Notes under the pieces: model-generated
What the model saw: only the letters and a program-made list of their open reading frames with translations
What the model was told of the DNA's origin: nothing
Database searches by the model: none
Assembly (NCBI RefSeq): GCF_024521635.1
Contig: NW_026250410.1
Location: 372,001-436,000, forward strand
Direction of reading: 5' to 3'
DNA from: Tricharina praecox
Taxonomy: Eukaryota
DNA length: 64,000 bases
Shown: piece by piece, positions 34,894 through 48,152 of the stretch
How positions within the stretch are numbered: the stretch's first letter is position 1
Layout of the letters: each line of letters opens with the position of its first letter
Program-made: the position numbers and the translations under genes

Positions 34894-36832
34894 ATGGCGA
34901 TTTTCGCTTTCGACGACGAACAAGGGGTTAGTTCCCAGAACGGCAACACGGCAGCCCCGCGCAACAACCGCAACCCCGAAAGCGCGACCCTCCTCGAGAA
35001 GGAATGGCCACGTCTGGGAGGAAAAGCTTCGCCCGCTCTGAAGCCCGCTTCGGGTCTTCGTGGAGCGCCCCAGACCGCGAGCACCAGCGCTTCGGCGGTT
35101 GGCAGCAGTCTCGCTAGTCTTCTCGATGCTCCTACGCGCGCTGGAAAGTCCACAGGTACCGCGAAAGGCGGCCTCGCTCTGCTATTGGCGAGCTCGTGCT
35201 CCTCGTCACGCGCACCCAGCGACGCAGGTGACATCGCGGCTGAACGCGCAGCCGAGGCAGCTAGCGCATCGCGCGGACGCAAGAAGAATAAGAAGAACAA
35301 GAACAAGAACAAGGGTGCAAACAACCGCGCCACGGGTGTCAGCACGGCCGGACTCGAGAGGCCGGATTTTCTGCTCCCGCGCACCCTCAAGGCCTCGCCG
35401 TCGACTAGCTCTCTTCGCGAGCAGTTCAACGTTACGGCTCCAACCGACGCCGAGTACACTTGGGGCAACATCAAGCGCAGCCTCGATTCTTCGTCGCCTA
35501 GTTCTGTTGCGTCTTCGCCGCCGAGATCGGGACTGTCGTCGCTTTTGAGCCTGGCTCACCCGGGCGATATTGTCACCATCGGTGGAAGAGGGAGTGATAC
35601 GTCGGCGTCTTCGGAGAACGGCGGCGATGAGCCGATGGTTGCTTATGAAGTCGCCATCGACGAGGATTACGTCTCCAAAGATGTGGACTCGGCCTTCACT
35701 TCGAGGGACGCGTCGCCATCCAGGAAGAAGGTGACTGCCGACGATTTCGAGCCTTTGAAATGCTTGGGAAAGGGAGCGTAAGTTGTGCCGTATTTCTTAT
35801 TGATGACTGTATGCTAATACTGCCTTCAGGTTCGGCACGGTACTTTTGGTTCGTCACAAGCCCAGCGGTCGGCTCTACGCGCAGAAGCAGCTTAAGAAGG
35901 CTTCCATCGTAGTCCACAAGAGGGTTATCGAGCAGACCATCACTGAGAGATCCATTCTCGAAGCTGTCCGCCACCCCAACGTGGTCAAGCTGTATTACGC
36001 CTTCCAGGATCAGGAGAAGCTGTACTTGATTCTCGAGTACGCACAAGGCGGGGAATTGTTCCACCATCTCGCGGAAACTAGAATGTTCAGCGAGGACACG
36101 GCTTCCTACTACATTGCGCAGCTCGTGTTGGCACTCTCGCACCTGCACCTCAACGTCGGCGTCGTTTACCGCGACCTCAAGCCCGAAAACTGCCTTCTCG
36201 ACTCCGAGGGCCAGCTCCTCCTCACCGACTTTGGCCTCAGCAAAGTCAGCAGCGAGAGCTCGCGATGCAGTTCTCTCCTCGGGACGCCCGGCTACATGGC
36301 CCCGGAGGTACTCACCGACGATGGCTCCGAGTACGGCGCGGAAGTTGACTGGTGGGGCGTTGGGATCCTGGCATTCGAGCTGCTTACCGGCGACCTTCCC
36401 TTCAAGGGTAGCACCCCGGAGAAAGTCCACGCCGGAATCCAGCGCCGCAAGCTCCAGCTCCCCAGCTACCTCTCGAACGACGCCAAGGACTTCATCAACC
36501 GCCTGCTGCGCAAGGAGCCACAGAAGCGTCTCGGCTACAACCTCGCCAAGGACCTGCCCACCATCAAGAAACACCGCTTCTTCCGCAAGATCGATTGGGT
36601 CAAGCTCGAGGCCAGGGAACTCGTGCCACCCATTCAGCCCCTCGTCACCGACCCGCTCCTGGCTGAGAACTTCGATATGGAGTTTACCACCCAGCCGCTC
36701 AGTCCCGCTGTCGGCCATGCGTTCCCCGCCTCGTACGCCGAGGCGAAGGAGAATCCATTCGGCGGCTTTAGCTTTGTGGCGACTAGTCTGCTGGAGCAGG
36801 AGTATGCGGAGGGCAGAGTCGTGTGGACTTAG
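34894..36832 (+). CDS. psk1: AGC-family Ser/Thr kinase, S6K/Psk1/Ypk3-like (2 exons)
   Basis: LGKGA|FGTV (intron 35778-35829), YAQKQLKKASI, YRDLKPEN, TDFGLSK, GTPGYMAPE, hydrophobic motif FGGFSF. Confidence 0.85.
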
Positions 36833-38204
36833 ACGGACGGTGGAGTGGTGCGGTGCAGGAAGGGGAGATTGAGTAATTGCGCTTTTTTTTTAACTCTTTA
36901 GCTAGGGCGATGGGAATAACTTAACTTAAAAGGTTTTGGCACTTTGTTATGGGGTACTCTTCTTTTTGTTACGTCAGGTCACTCTACTTAGAGGTTAGAT
37001 GCACATGCATGTTAGAATGCGATTTGCGAATTTTACTTTATACTTTATACTTTATTGTGAGGAGGCTTTTGCTTCATACTGGAACACTCGAGTAGGTCGA
37101 GAGCAGGCCAGCTTCTCCTTCCTTCCCGAGAACCGGGTAGAGGCTAGAGCACGGAACACTGAACAACGGACGTCCCTGCCAAACTTTGGACGCCCATCGC
37201 CCGGAGATGTGAGCACGAATAAGGTTTCGTGGCGAGCGATCAAGAGTCGATACTGAGTGTCGACGCGCATATGATTGCGCGGCGGGCTGGCGGTCGAGAT
37301 CCAGTGCTGTCGACACCCAGTGCTGTCGGGGGACGAGAAACCTTCGGCAGCACCTCAGTCTGTATATAACGCCGATGATATTGTTGCTGTATCGAATGGA
37401 AGGGATTATCTCTTCCCGTCTACCCAAATACCTATTCCAACAGTTCTACATGGTCTGGCAAGTTTGAAGCTCGGGGTAGATAGATGGATTGATAGATAGG
37501 AGCAGGCGAGTCATCGTGCGTGACTCATGAGACGGTGGCCCAAGGGGGGTCATCCTACGGTATATTCGACCGGGTCGGGACTCGGGACTCGGAACTCGGG
37601 ACTCGGAGCATGATAGTTCCAAATACTAGTAGAATACACACATACATAGAGTCCGTTACCTTCCCCCTCCCGCCTGCACGCCAGTGTGGACGCGGCAAAT
37701 GAGAAAGCTAAAAGGAATGAGTATTGAACATGAACGAAGCAAACCGCACTTGCACTGGCACTCGTACATTCTCGTTCCCCATCCCTGCCCCCGATCCCGC
37801 TCCCGCTCCCGCCGCCCCCGATGGGGACACAAGTAAGTAACTTCCGATGCCATAACCGGGAAAATGGCCGAGTGCAATATGATGAACCCCAAAAAAACCG
37901 TCCAATTCAAAACTCCCTCATCCATAAATACAGAGCAAAAAAGCAGACCAAACAGACCGAACCCCCACCCAAAACCCCAACCCATAAACATAAGGAAATC
38001 GCTAGAATACAGACAACTACTATGATGGGAAATACCCGCCTACCTCCCCAGGTTGACGGTTGGTGAAATCATATCGTCCAACGTTGCGCTGGCGCTTGCA
38101 TTCTGCCGGTCACATTGTATCACTATAAGCACAATTCGCGTTTACCGTTTAGCCAATCATCCTCCCTCCTCCATCCTCCATCCATCCACGGGGGGAATGT
38201 ATAA

Positions 38205-40402
38205 TTACCCAAAACAGTCCACGGCGCCCTCCCCCACTGCAGCGTCGACATCAAACTCCTTATCGTAGGGCATCTCGACCATGCCCGCCTTCTTCCCTCG
38301 GTACTGCGCTCCAAGCTCCATCGTGGCGGGCCCGAGCGACAGCTCGAGCGTGTACTTGAACTTCCGGCAGCGCTTGCCCGTGTACGGTTCGTTTATGCCC
38401 TTTTCGTACCAGCGCACCCGCTTGCAGTCCACTTCCCACGGGAGGTAGCCGAGGGCTTTGACTTCTGTTCGGGGGGTTAGCTGGGCGGGGGAGGAGGGGG
38501 GCAGGGAAGGGAGGGGAGGGGAGGGGAGGGACCATTGGTAAACGACGACGGCGGATTATCGTTGGCGCAGTAGAGGAACATGTCATAGAACTTCCTGCAG
38601 CCAAAGTCGAACAAGCGGACCTGTATTGTTCTCTGCTCCTCGACGCGGACTTTTCTGCCGTCCTTGATCTCGTCGCCCTTCTTGAGCAGCCACTCGATCG
38701 TCTGCGCGCGCCAGAACCCATCCGCGCTGTCCCAGATCGTCTCGTTCGCTTGGTGCTCCGTCGGGTCGAAGACCGGCATCTTCACGATCCCGTACGAGTA
38801 CCGCGATACCCGAGATTGGATCATCGGGATCTTCTCGCTGCTGTCGCGGCTCCGGCATCGCTCGAGGCCCCACATTGTTGCGCCACGGCAGACCGCGGAC
38901 CAGCTGGTGGTGGGGTGTCAGCGTCCGGGGCGGGGGAGTAAATGAGTGGGAGGGGAACAAACGCATTGTCGCCTTTCAGCACCATCTTGCCGAAGCGGGC
39001 TACCAGCTTTTCGTACAGATAATTGCTCTCGCCGAAGCCGCCGACTAGGAGCACCGCTTGCGTGCGTTTGCTGTCTGTGAACATGGCCAGCTGACGCTCC
39101 ACCAGTCGTTGGACTTTCTCGCAGGTGGGGTGGAAGACCGCGGCGTTCAAATCCTTCCTGTACTATGTCAGATTTCCCCCTCCTCCCCCTCCTCCGTCTT
39201 CCCCCCAGTGGTAGCTAGGGAAACATACGGCTTGAGCGTAATAGTCTCATCATTTATCCCCTGCGGGATATTATCCTTCACTCCTCTTAGGTCGATAGTG
39301 AGCCGGCCCGTCTTTTTGTGGTTGTACTCGACAATCGGCTTGATCCCCATCTCCCAGCGCCGCATCATGTCGTGCTTGTCACGCTGGTCGAGGTTCTTGT
39401 ACTGCGTGGGTCCCACCAGCTTGCGTACGAACGCTTCGAAGGCGTAGTCGAGGTAGACGGAGCCGCAGAACCCGCCTGGGAGCTGTCAGTATCTTGCAGG
39501 CCAAAAAAACAAAAAGCTTGAAATGCTGGAGCTGTGGTTACGCACCCTCCCCGATTACGCATTCCTTCACCTGCAGCGGCTCCAGCGTAATGATCTCGTA
39601 CGTGATCAGATCGCACGTGCCGCCACCGGCATCACAAACGGTGACCACATCGCCCTGTTTCAGATGGCACCTTTCCGTGGTGGTCTTCAGCACAGCCAGC
39701 GCGGCAGCCTCCGGCTCCGGCAGCAACTCAGTGCGCTTCTCCGGTAGCCCCGCCTGCTTCGCCAGCTCCCTCGTGAGCCCAATCGTCTGCGGCGTCCACA
39801 CGGCGGGCAGCGTGAGCACAACGCGGAAATCATAGATCTCCATCCAGTCCTTCCGCAGCTTGGCGCTCAGCTCCTTCTGCACGCTCTTCCATAGCTCGCC
39901 GAGGAAGTCCACCACCACCGTGTTCACCGTCTTGCCGTACGCGGTCATCAGCTGCTGGACTTTGGCCAGCTCTGCTCCACCACCACCTCCACCTCCGCCT
40001 CCCCCTCCACCCCCTCCCCCCGTCTCTGCCGCCGGTGAAGCACTGTACGTCGGCGGCTGCAGCAGCAATTTAAACCACGTAAACGGCTCGGAGTTGCGCT
40101 TCTTGTTCGCGCGGGTCCGGCGGATGGCGGGGTATCCCCAGTGCTGCAGCTTGTGCGGCGCCTTTGTGTCGTACGTCACCGCCGTGGGAACCTTGTGCGC
40201 CGTGCGGTTCACCGCCTCAGGGTCGTGCCAGTTGTCAATTATGTGGATTTCGCGCGTGTTGTCGTTGAGGGCCCAGGAGACGCCTGAGTGGCTGGATACA
40301 CCGGACAGAACGTCAGCAAGGGAGTGGGCGGCGGGGGGATGGGGATTGGGGAGAGTACGTAGTCCCGAAGTCGATTCCAATGACCAGTTCTGTCTTCTGC
40401 AT
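38205..40402 (-). CDS. Atypical Hsp70-like (HSPA12-type) actin-fold ATPase (about 6 exons)
   Basis: MQKTELVIGIDFGTT|HSGVSWA, KVPT, TLPAVW, PEPEAAAL, VCDAGGGTCDLITY, GGFCGSVYLD, LLVGGFGESNYL, AVCRGA, SRVSRYSYG. No EEVD or ER-retention tail. Confidence 0.9.
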
Positions 40403-40596
40403 CTCGGCGTCGTAAAACTACATGTGGTATTATACGTCGTCGACTATATTTCGATAGGGCAAAATCTCCGTTCGGTTGGAATAAGTGAGCCCGGCGGGGG
40501 GGACGGACAAAAGGTCACGCCCGATATATACCTGAACTTCAGGCCTCAGGGCTGGAAAGGTAGGGCCGCGGCGGCTCTTTTCCACGAGGGTGTGTG

Positions 40597-40690
40597 CGGG
40601 GAGGAGGGGGGAGGGGGACGGGGGAGGGGGGAGGGGGGAGGGGGGAGGGCAATGGAGGGCAATGGAGGGCAATGGAGGGCAATGGAGGGC
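40597..40690. repeat. G-rich tract followed by (AATGGAGGGC)x4
   Basis: Many G4-G7 runs at 40597-40650 and four perfect 10-mers at 40651-40690. Confidence 0.9.
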
Positions 40691-43600
40691 AATAATGCTC
40701 TTAGAGGTTCCTCTGATAGACAGACAGACAGACAACCTATCTGCCTGCAGGCGGGCAGCATGATCCACAATCACCCCGCAGTATAGTATCGCACACTACA
40801 TTTGTACATAACCTACACAACCGCAACCTGAGAATTGCGTATTGCGGGGTTATGGTTTGGGTTTGTGATGATTTAGGATCCGGTTCTCGTACGCAGGCTC
40901 TATATCAGGCCAAAGACAAGTAAAGCTCGCCCACCTGCCCGGCTGCGGCGTCGAGTTGTTGGCGAACACGTACTGACGATGCACGCCGCTTTGGCTTCCC
41001 GGGTACGTAGGTAGGTAAGTACACAGGTATATACTTTAGAGTAACCATAAGGCGCAGAAGCAGAAGCAGCAGCAGAAGCAGAAGCCGAAGTACACAGGGC
41101 TCGGCTGCAGCGGGTGCTGAGCCAATGGGCCAATGGCTGCGAGGCGTGATGTGCCATGATGTGCCGTGACGTGGCCAATGGCAGTTCGGATTGAGATCGA
41201 GATGGCAGTCATGGCGAATGGCGAATGGGAGGAATGTTGATAAGGGCCGCGATGTGCTTCTACGATGGCGGTTTGGTGAGGTTTGGTGAGGTTTGGTGAG
41301 GTGAGGTTGAGGTAGGAGGTTGGAGGCACGGTCCACCAACAAGATATATTAGACGGCTGTTGGGCGGTCGTGCAGTGCGCGGTACATATGTAGACAGTCG
41401 TTGCACATCGTTCCTACATACTCTACAGCTTCCGGAGTAGGCTGGCCGTTGGCCGCTCCTGCCTTTGCAATTGTCTTATCGTCTCACGGTGATCATGTAG
41501 GTAGGCTGCCTTTCTTGCAGTGCGCACTGTGGCCAGCCAGTGTAGAACGCTGACAATACGCGGGCAGTTAGTTAGTTGGGACGAGGATTGACGGAAACTC
41601 GATTCATGGTGTTTTGGATGTTGCACGTAGGTATGGATCTCTGAATCTCGTCTCCTACGCCATTCCATAGTTTTGCTTTTGCATCTTCCCAGGTTGCCAT
41701 GCCGGCCAAACATCGACAACCACCGCTGTCATGGGCGTTGCGATTCTCTCGCCTCCCCCTCCACCTCCAGCCAACAGACACCAACGGAAATAAATATATA
41801 GGATCGCCGATGCTGATGCTGATGCTGAGCTGAGGCTGTTCGGATTACGCTCGTCCTCGTATGTATTCGACGTGGTACGTACCAAATACCTACCTCACGC
41901 ACGCGAGCCGCAGCGCAGTCGGATGCACACTCAACGTCACGAACAGACAGACATCATGCAGACATACAGACATTTTCCCATCAGTCCACAACCATCGGAT
42001 GCTCAATGCAAGACATGCCATCGCTAGAAGCACAAGATTCTTCTAGCCTTCGTTTTCGGGCCCAAGCAAGTCCGGAAGGAAGGAAACGACTCGCGATGCG
42101 ATCCAGTTGTTCGTCGTCGTCAACAACTTCATTGATCGCCTCGGGTACTGCACCCGACTGCCTGCCAGCCTGCCAGCCCACCAGCCCGCAAACATCCATT
42201 CAATTTGGGGCGGATATACGACGGTGATGCCAGCATTTCGGCACTTTGGTGCTTCGGACGACGTCAAGGTGCAGCACCCGTCTCTGGGGGATCCAGTGTG
42301 GAGCTGACACGCTGCTCGACCATTCTACAGAATCGCACTCTACGTACGCCCGAATTCCCCAACGAAGTCAACAGTGCAGCTCCTGCCCGAGCCACCAATG
42401 GTTTCGGCAGCGGGTGTGCTAGTCAGCAAGGTATTGCACACACCATCATCCGGCCTCGCGTTGTCGGCAGACCATACAGAGGCAGCGAGTCCGCATGTAA
42501 CCCCCGCCTCGCATGAATGAACGAAGCAGCCTAGCAGGGTCCGATGTGCAACGAAGAGTGCACTATGCATTATCGGCCAGTTGAACCGTGCATAATCCGC
42601 CCCTCCCTCCCCGCAGAAAGGCCCTTCGAAGCGGATCAATCACGGCGCGGTGCAGCCTGGGATGAAACATGAATTCGGTTGGTCCCTGGCGGGATTTGCG
42701 AAAATATGATACTCTATATATCTTACTCACCACTCCACTCACTCCGCTCACTCCACTCTACCTAACTCGTGTAAGTCCTCACTCAACTCTATGTTTGTGC
42801 ATGAAGCGGGCGGCAGCAGCAGCATCCTGACACGTGTGTGGACCGTAGCGTAGCGTCTTGCCAATCACCCGAGCGCTTGCTGCACTGCACTGCACTGCAC
42901 ACGGCCAGAACGGAATTTTGGTCGGAGGGATGGATCGCCATGGAGGCCAATCCAACAGTCCCCCGACTGCACATCGTCCAGCGTCGGGCTCCAGTGCTTC
43001 GAGTGCGGGCTCATCTATTTGAAGGATCCCACCCGGGGGAAGGAGAGGGGAGGGGGGATCCAAGTATTGTACAATACATGGTCATGCGGGCATAGTACTG
43101 GGCGGTGGTGGGCGTTGGTGGCTGGCCGGTCCTTCGAAATCTCCCTCCCTCCCAAACCCGCCGGGGGTGCGCTGCGTATTTGTAGTCCAAGAGGCGTCGC
43201 TAGTCATGAGCGAGTGTCAGTGTTCGGCCTGTTTGGTTCTCACCACTGGGAATGCGGGGCGGTGTTCTTTTTTTGCTCACGGCGTGACTTGAGGGAAGAA
43301 CTTGAGACGACAGGCCCCCCGGGTCCCTCCACACCTGCCTACCTACTATCATTCACCACGTCTGCTAACCTACATACCGGTACCTACCTCTACCACATCA
43401 CCAAACAAAAACGTTAAAAGGGTAATGGTCCTGCACGTAGAGATGAGCACCACAGCCTGTTTGCCTCCCCTCACAAAAAAAAATACAACACAGCCGAGTG
43501 AGCATCACGGTCTAGTCCTCCCGTTCTTCACCTCTTAACACCCGTCAACCCCCATCTCCGCGCATCACTAGTCAGGGCGGACAGCTGGGAAAACCGTTGC

Positions 43601-44062
43601 ACATCTATCAATACCTTATATCCACCCGGCAAAAACGCTCTGCCTGCTTTGCCTGCCTGCTTGCTTGTCTCCACAGCTTAGCGAGTCTGCCTTTTACCAT
43701 ACATATCATACATATCATACATACTTGCGGTCAGTAATTCCTCCAACCAGCAGGGTAGCGGTCAGTGGTCCTCACAGGTACCTCAAGCCTCAGGCCTCAA
43801 GCCACTCATCCCCGCCGCAATGGCACTCAACAGCTTGTTGCTACGATCTATGGACTGTGTCCTATGTGCCGCTCCCCTAATCCCTCCACCCGGTGAATTC
43901 CGGAAGAACATGAAGATGAATATAAGAAGCTGATGTCTGTGTCCTGCAGCCCTTTCGGATCATATCGGTTTCCACAGCCCGTAAACCTTCAATCTTCAAT
44001 CGACAAGAAAACAAACACCAAAGCCCACTGCCCAACAGCAGCAGCAGCAGCAGCAACAAACA

Positions 44063-44936
44063 ATGGGCCTCTCCTGCTCCAAAGCCGGCGCAGACACCAG
44101 CTCCTGGGATCCCAACGCACGTATATCACCGACGAACTCGACATCAGGCACCCTCCAATACACGACCGAAAAACGTGTTCCCGAGCCCCACCCAAAGATC
44201 GGGATCTCGCACGCAGCCACAATACGGCCGGTGGACGACTTCGCACTGATCCAGCAATACAACCAGCTATACATGAAAGTGCGGACATGGTCGTCGGAGT
44301 TCCTCAGCGGCGGCAGCGGGGGCGCAAAGCAGAAATCGCAGATCCCCGCCGAAGTGCGCACGCAGGTGCAGCGCGTCGTGCTGCAGGGCGATGTTGCGCG
44401 CGTCCTCGCCGATAAAACACTGCATCGACATGTCATCGAGGGCCTCGTCGGGCTCGCTGTGTCGGAGCTGTTGAGTTCGTCCCCCATCCCCATCCCTCTT
44501 TCTCTACTAACACCGCCCCGCAGCGCCCTCGAAACTCCCGCCTCCCTCCGACCCCGCGTTGCTCCGCAAGGCGGCCTCAGACCTCTGCAGCACCGTCCTT
44601 CAATTCGCCAGCAGCAAGCGCAGCAGCAAGCAGCTGAAGTCGGACCTGCTCGGGATCCTGCAGCTAGCGGCGAGCCTCGACGCCGCATTCCGGACGCAGG
44701 CCGCGGGGTTCCTCGTCGTTTACGCGCGCGTGGTCAATAGGGATACGCCTGTTAACTTTTCGGGGATGATGGAGGATAAGACGAATGGGCGTGATACGGC
44801 GACGGCGGGACAGAGGAGTGTCGGCATGATGATTTTTCCCGGGCTGTTTAAGACTTCGAAGGGAGCGAGGTCGTGTTTGGTTAAGATCAGGGTCGTGTGT
44901 AAGGATGAGATGGAGAGGTATGTGGGTAGGATCTAG
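44063..44936 (+). CDS. Hypothetical 274-aa protein with N-terminal MGLSCSK lipidation motif and GrpE/Mieap-like C-terminal beta motif (2 exons)
   Basis: Exon 44063-44474, intron 44475-44523 (GTTCGT..TACTAAC..CAG) and exon 44524-44936 join two ORFs in frame (825 nt). Confidence 0.75.
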
Positions 44937-47900
44937 GGACGAGGCGGAGTCTACACGGTGGGACAGGTCACGGTTCTTTTATTCCATGCTTTTCACTTGT
45001 TTGCTTTGTTTCGTTTAATTTAGCGGGAGCGGTTTTGTTTTCTGTTTTCTGTTTTGGGATGTTTCTGTTTATGGGGTGTTTTGGGGATGACGATGACGAT
45101 GATGATAATGATGGGATGATGGGACGATGGGACAAGGTTACGACACTACTTAATCACTTAGACTTCTTCTTCTTTTTTGTACATATATTTGAAGTTTTTT
45201 GGGGGATATCTTTTGTGGACGGGGTGGGATGGGTTGGGATGGGATTGCGGGAGGGAGAGGGGATGGTGGAAAGGATGCAGAGCAGGGCAAGGCAGGGAGG
45301 AGGGGATGGGAGGAGGGGATGGGAGGAGGAGGGGATGGGATGCAGGAACCAGTTTGCAAGATGGTGGATGGGCGAGCTGGCAGATGATGGGCCAGCTGGC
45401 AGGCGATGCACGGGAAGGAGGGATGGAGGGAGGGCCGGGGAAAGGACGGAGGAAGGGACACTTGACTAGCTGGCTGGCTGAGTTGGTGGAGGGATGGCTG
45501 GGAGGGACTAGAAGGATTGTTGGATTGGACTGGAGTCTGGACTGGATTGGACTGGGTTGGGCTGGCTGGCTGGCTGGCTGTGTGGTTGTGTGGAAGATGG
45601 AATGACTATGTGGAATGACTACCTAGAAGGATTGTTGGACTGGACTCGACTGGACTGGACTGAGATGGCTCGATGGAGGGAGAACAACATGGCTGGATAG
45701 GCAGACCGACGATCAAAGTACTCGGGAAGGGGACACTTAGTAGAGTAGGTTGACTGCGCCTGTATTGTACAATACTACCATACTACTATCATAACTATTC
45801 TACATCGTGCTCACAGAATGGACAGTGGACACAACAGACGGATGCAAATGCAATGGCGGGACTACCCACCCATCCATCCATTCCATCCATCTATGGTCTA
45901 CCTAGTAATAACTACACAGGTACTCCGTTTACCCTTTACCCGAACATCTGAGACACGTGAGACATCGATCGTGCCGGCGCTGCGAAGCTGCGGTTGGATA
46001 TTGATGTCGTTTAGGCTGGAGGCATAATTCTGTAGTGCTGACATGTTATTGGAGGGGTGGGGGGGGGGGGGGGGGGTATGTAATGAAGCGTTAGTAACGT
46101 GACTGCGGTAACTACTTCAGTAGAGTGAGTGCGTTATGGAACGCCGCTACTCTATTATGTGTGTATGTAGGTGCTGTTTTTTCTGTGAAACATGCCAGCG
46201 AGCTCGCCTGGTTGGTTGGTTGGTCAACTGATTGGCTGAGTGGGGTATTCCGGGCTTGCCAACAACTCGGCGCTTCGTGGGGGTCGGCGGGGAGTCGGGG
46301 ACTACCTGGTATGTAGCAGCTCGGTGTTCCATTGTTCCTGGAATATCGTGCCAGCGCGGGGGCATTGCTGAACATCCATCGTCGAGGCGGGCGGGCGTTT
46401 TGCTGTTCTGCTGTTTTGCTGGCATCGTCGTAGAGTTTCGTGCGGGATTGAAAGTCTCTGGTGCGATAATCTTCGTTCTTTTTTCTTTTTCTTTTTCTGT
46501 TTCTTTTTTCTTTTTCTTTTCCGCCTCATTCATCATCTTCGTTATTGTGCTTGTACACTGCATGAGTCGCAACTGCCGGGGGGCGGGGGCGGGGGAGGGG
46601 AGGGGTCACCGCACTCCTGCCCTGGTTACATGTGTGCTGTTATGCTGTGCTGTGCTGTTCGGTCGGACCATGCCGGTATGTCAGAGACTCGTCGGGATTG
46701 GAATCGGAAATCGGAAGCGCTAACTACGGTTTGCCGTGGGTAGGTGGCTGACCTCAGCCAACTGCTCCACGGGTGTATGTAGCACCGAGTGCTGGATGGA
46801 TCATGGATATCGTCGCTCGGTCGAGTGATAGGTCGGAAATTAGCCACATGTCCAGACTCTACTACCTATACCCCGGGCACCAGTCTCCGAGTGGTCCGAC
46901 TAGATAGCCAGCAGATCTATGTAGGTATCATACTCAGGTACCGCCTCACTTTGCACTGTCCAGTGTCAGCCCTAATTCAGCCACATACCCGTCTAGATTC
47001 CAGACAGACAGATCGCGATGCAGGTACATAGGTGGAGATGCACTTACGACTGGTCCCCAACGAATCTTATCGGAGATATGTGTGGATATATGTGGAGACA
47101 TGTGTACTATGTGTGGATATCGTACACAGTTGACGGGCCTAGATCATCGGGAAATCCAGCACACAACAGTGCAGGGCATGCTCTCTACCTCCGTCCTTCC
47201 ATTCATCTTTCCATCCATCCATCTTTCCTTCCATCTTTCCTTCCTTGCATCTTTCCATCCATCCATCATCCTTCCTTCTGCACCCCTACACAGCCAGCTA
47301 TATCAATCCCACCATCCCGGACTCCCGGTCGGTTGATACCTACTTAGGTCTGCGCAAGCCAGTCAGCGATTCGGTATCTTGCGAGCACCCCAGGGGATAC
47401 CCAGGTACCTGGTCTATAGTAGAAGACCGTCAGCCACACCGTCCTCTAGTGGTTGGCTACCACCGCCGTCTTCGATGCCGCCAGCACACGGTTCAGATAT
47501 ACGTACATACATACAGTAAACATACCCTACCTACCCTACCCGGTGCGTACGTAAGTATCTACGGGAGCGGGAAAACACAGCCTGAGCCTGAGCGCCGCTG
47601 GGGTCAAGCTTTACATGGTCGGCCTTACTATGTGTCCAGCCTTTCCCTGCTGAACAAGGCCCGTTCATCGTTCTTGGTTCACTATAAATCATCAACTCCT
47701 TCCTCCCCCCCTTGAACCTTCAAGCTGAAATTCCCGCAATCCCCTGGTCGAGGATGATGTGTCGAGGTCTGGTTCGATACGAGCCTGTCCCTTGTTGCCC
47801 TCTCCGTTTACCCTCGCTGGGGAGGTAGATCCGTGAGAGGATCCGTTGCGCGGACGGTGTGGATACTGGAAACAACTACTACCAATCGGAGACTCCTCGC

Positions 47901-48012
47901 CACTCCATCCTTTACTCCCACAAGTTACAACCGGACGTTTGCGCGGATCTGATCTCCGAGTGGAGATTACTATACCGTATGTTTGCAAGTTGCAACGATA
48001 TTACGCTGGTGG

Positions 48013-48059
48013 TCTAGATTCTGGATTCTGGATTCTGGATTCTGAATTCTGGATTCTGA
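48013..48059. repeat. (TCTGGAT)n heptamer microsatellite
   Basis: About 6.5 imperfect units seen directly. Confidence 0.85.
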
Positions 48060-48152
48060 CGTTCGCTCGCTCGCTCTGTGGGCTCGCCATACGTAGATAG
48101 ACAGAGCGACAGGTAGACGGGGGTCCCAGTATCGCGTGGTGGGCTCGGTGAA

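Noticed and set aside
47692..47988. 98-aa ORF and GGTTCGA (tRNA T-loop-like) sequence
   Set aside because: No recognisable protein motif, and no cloverleaf can be folded around it.
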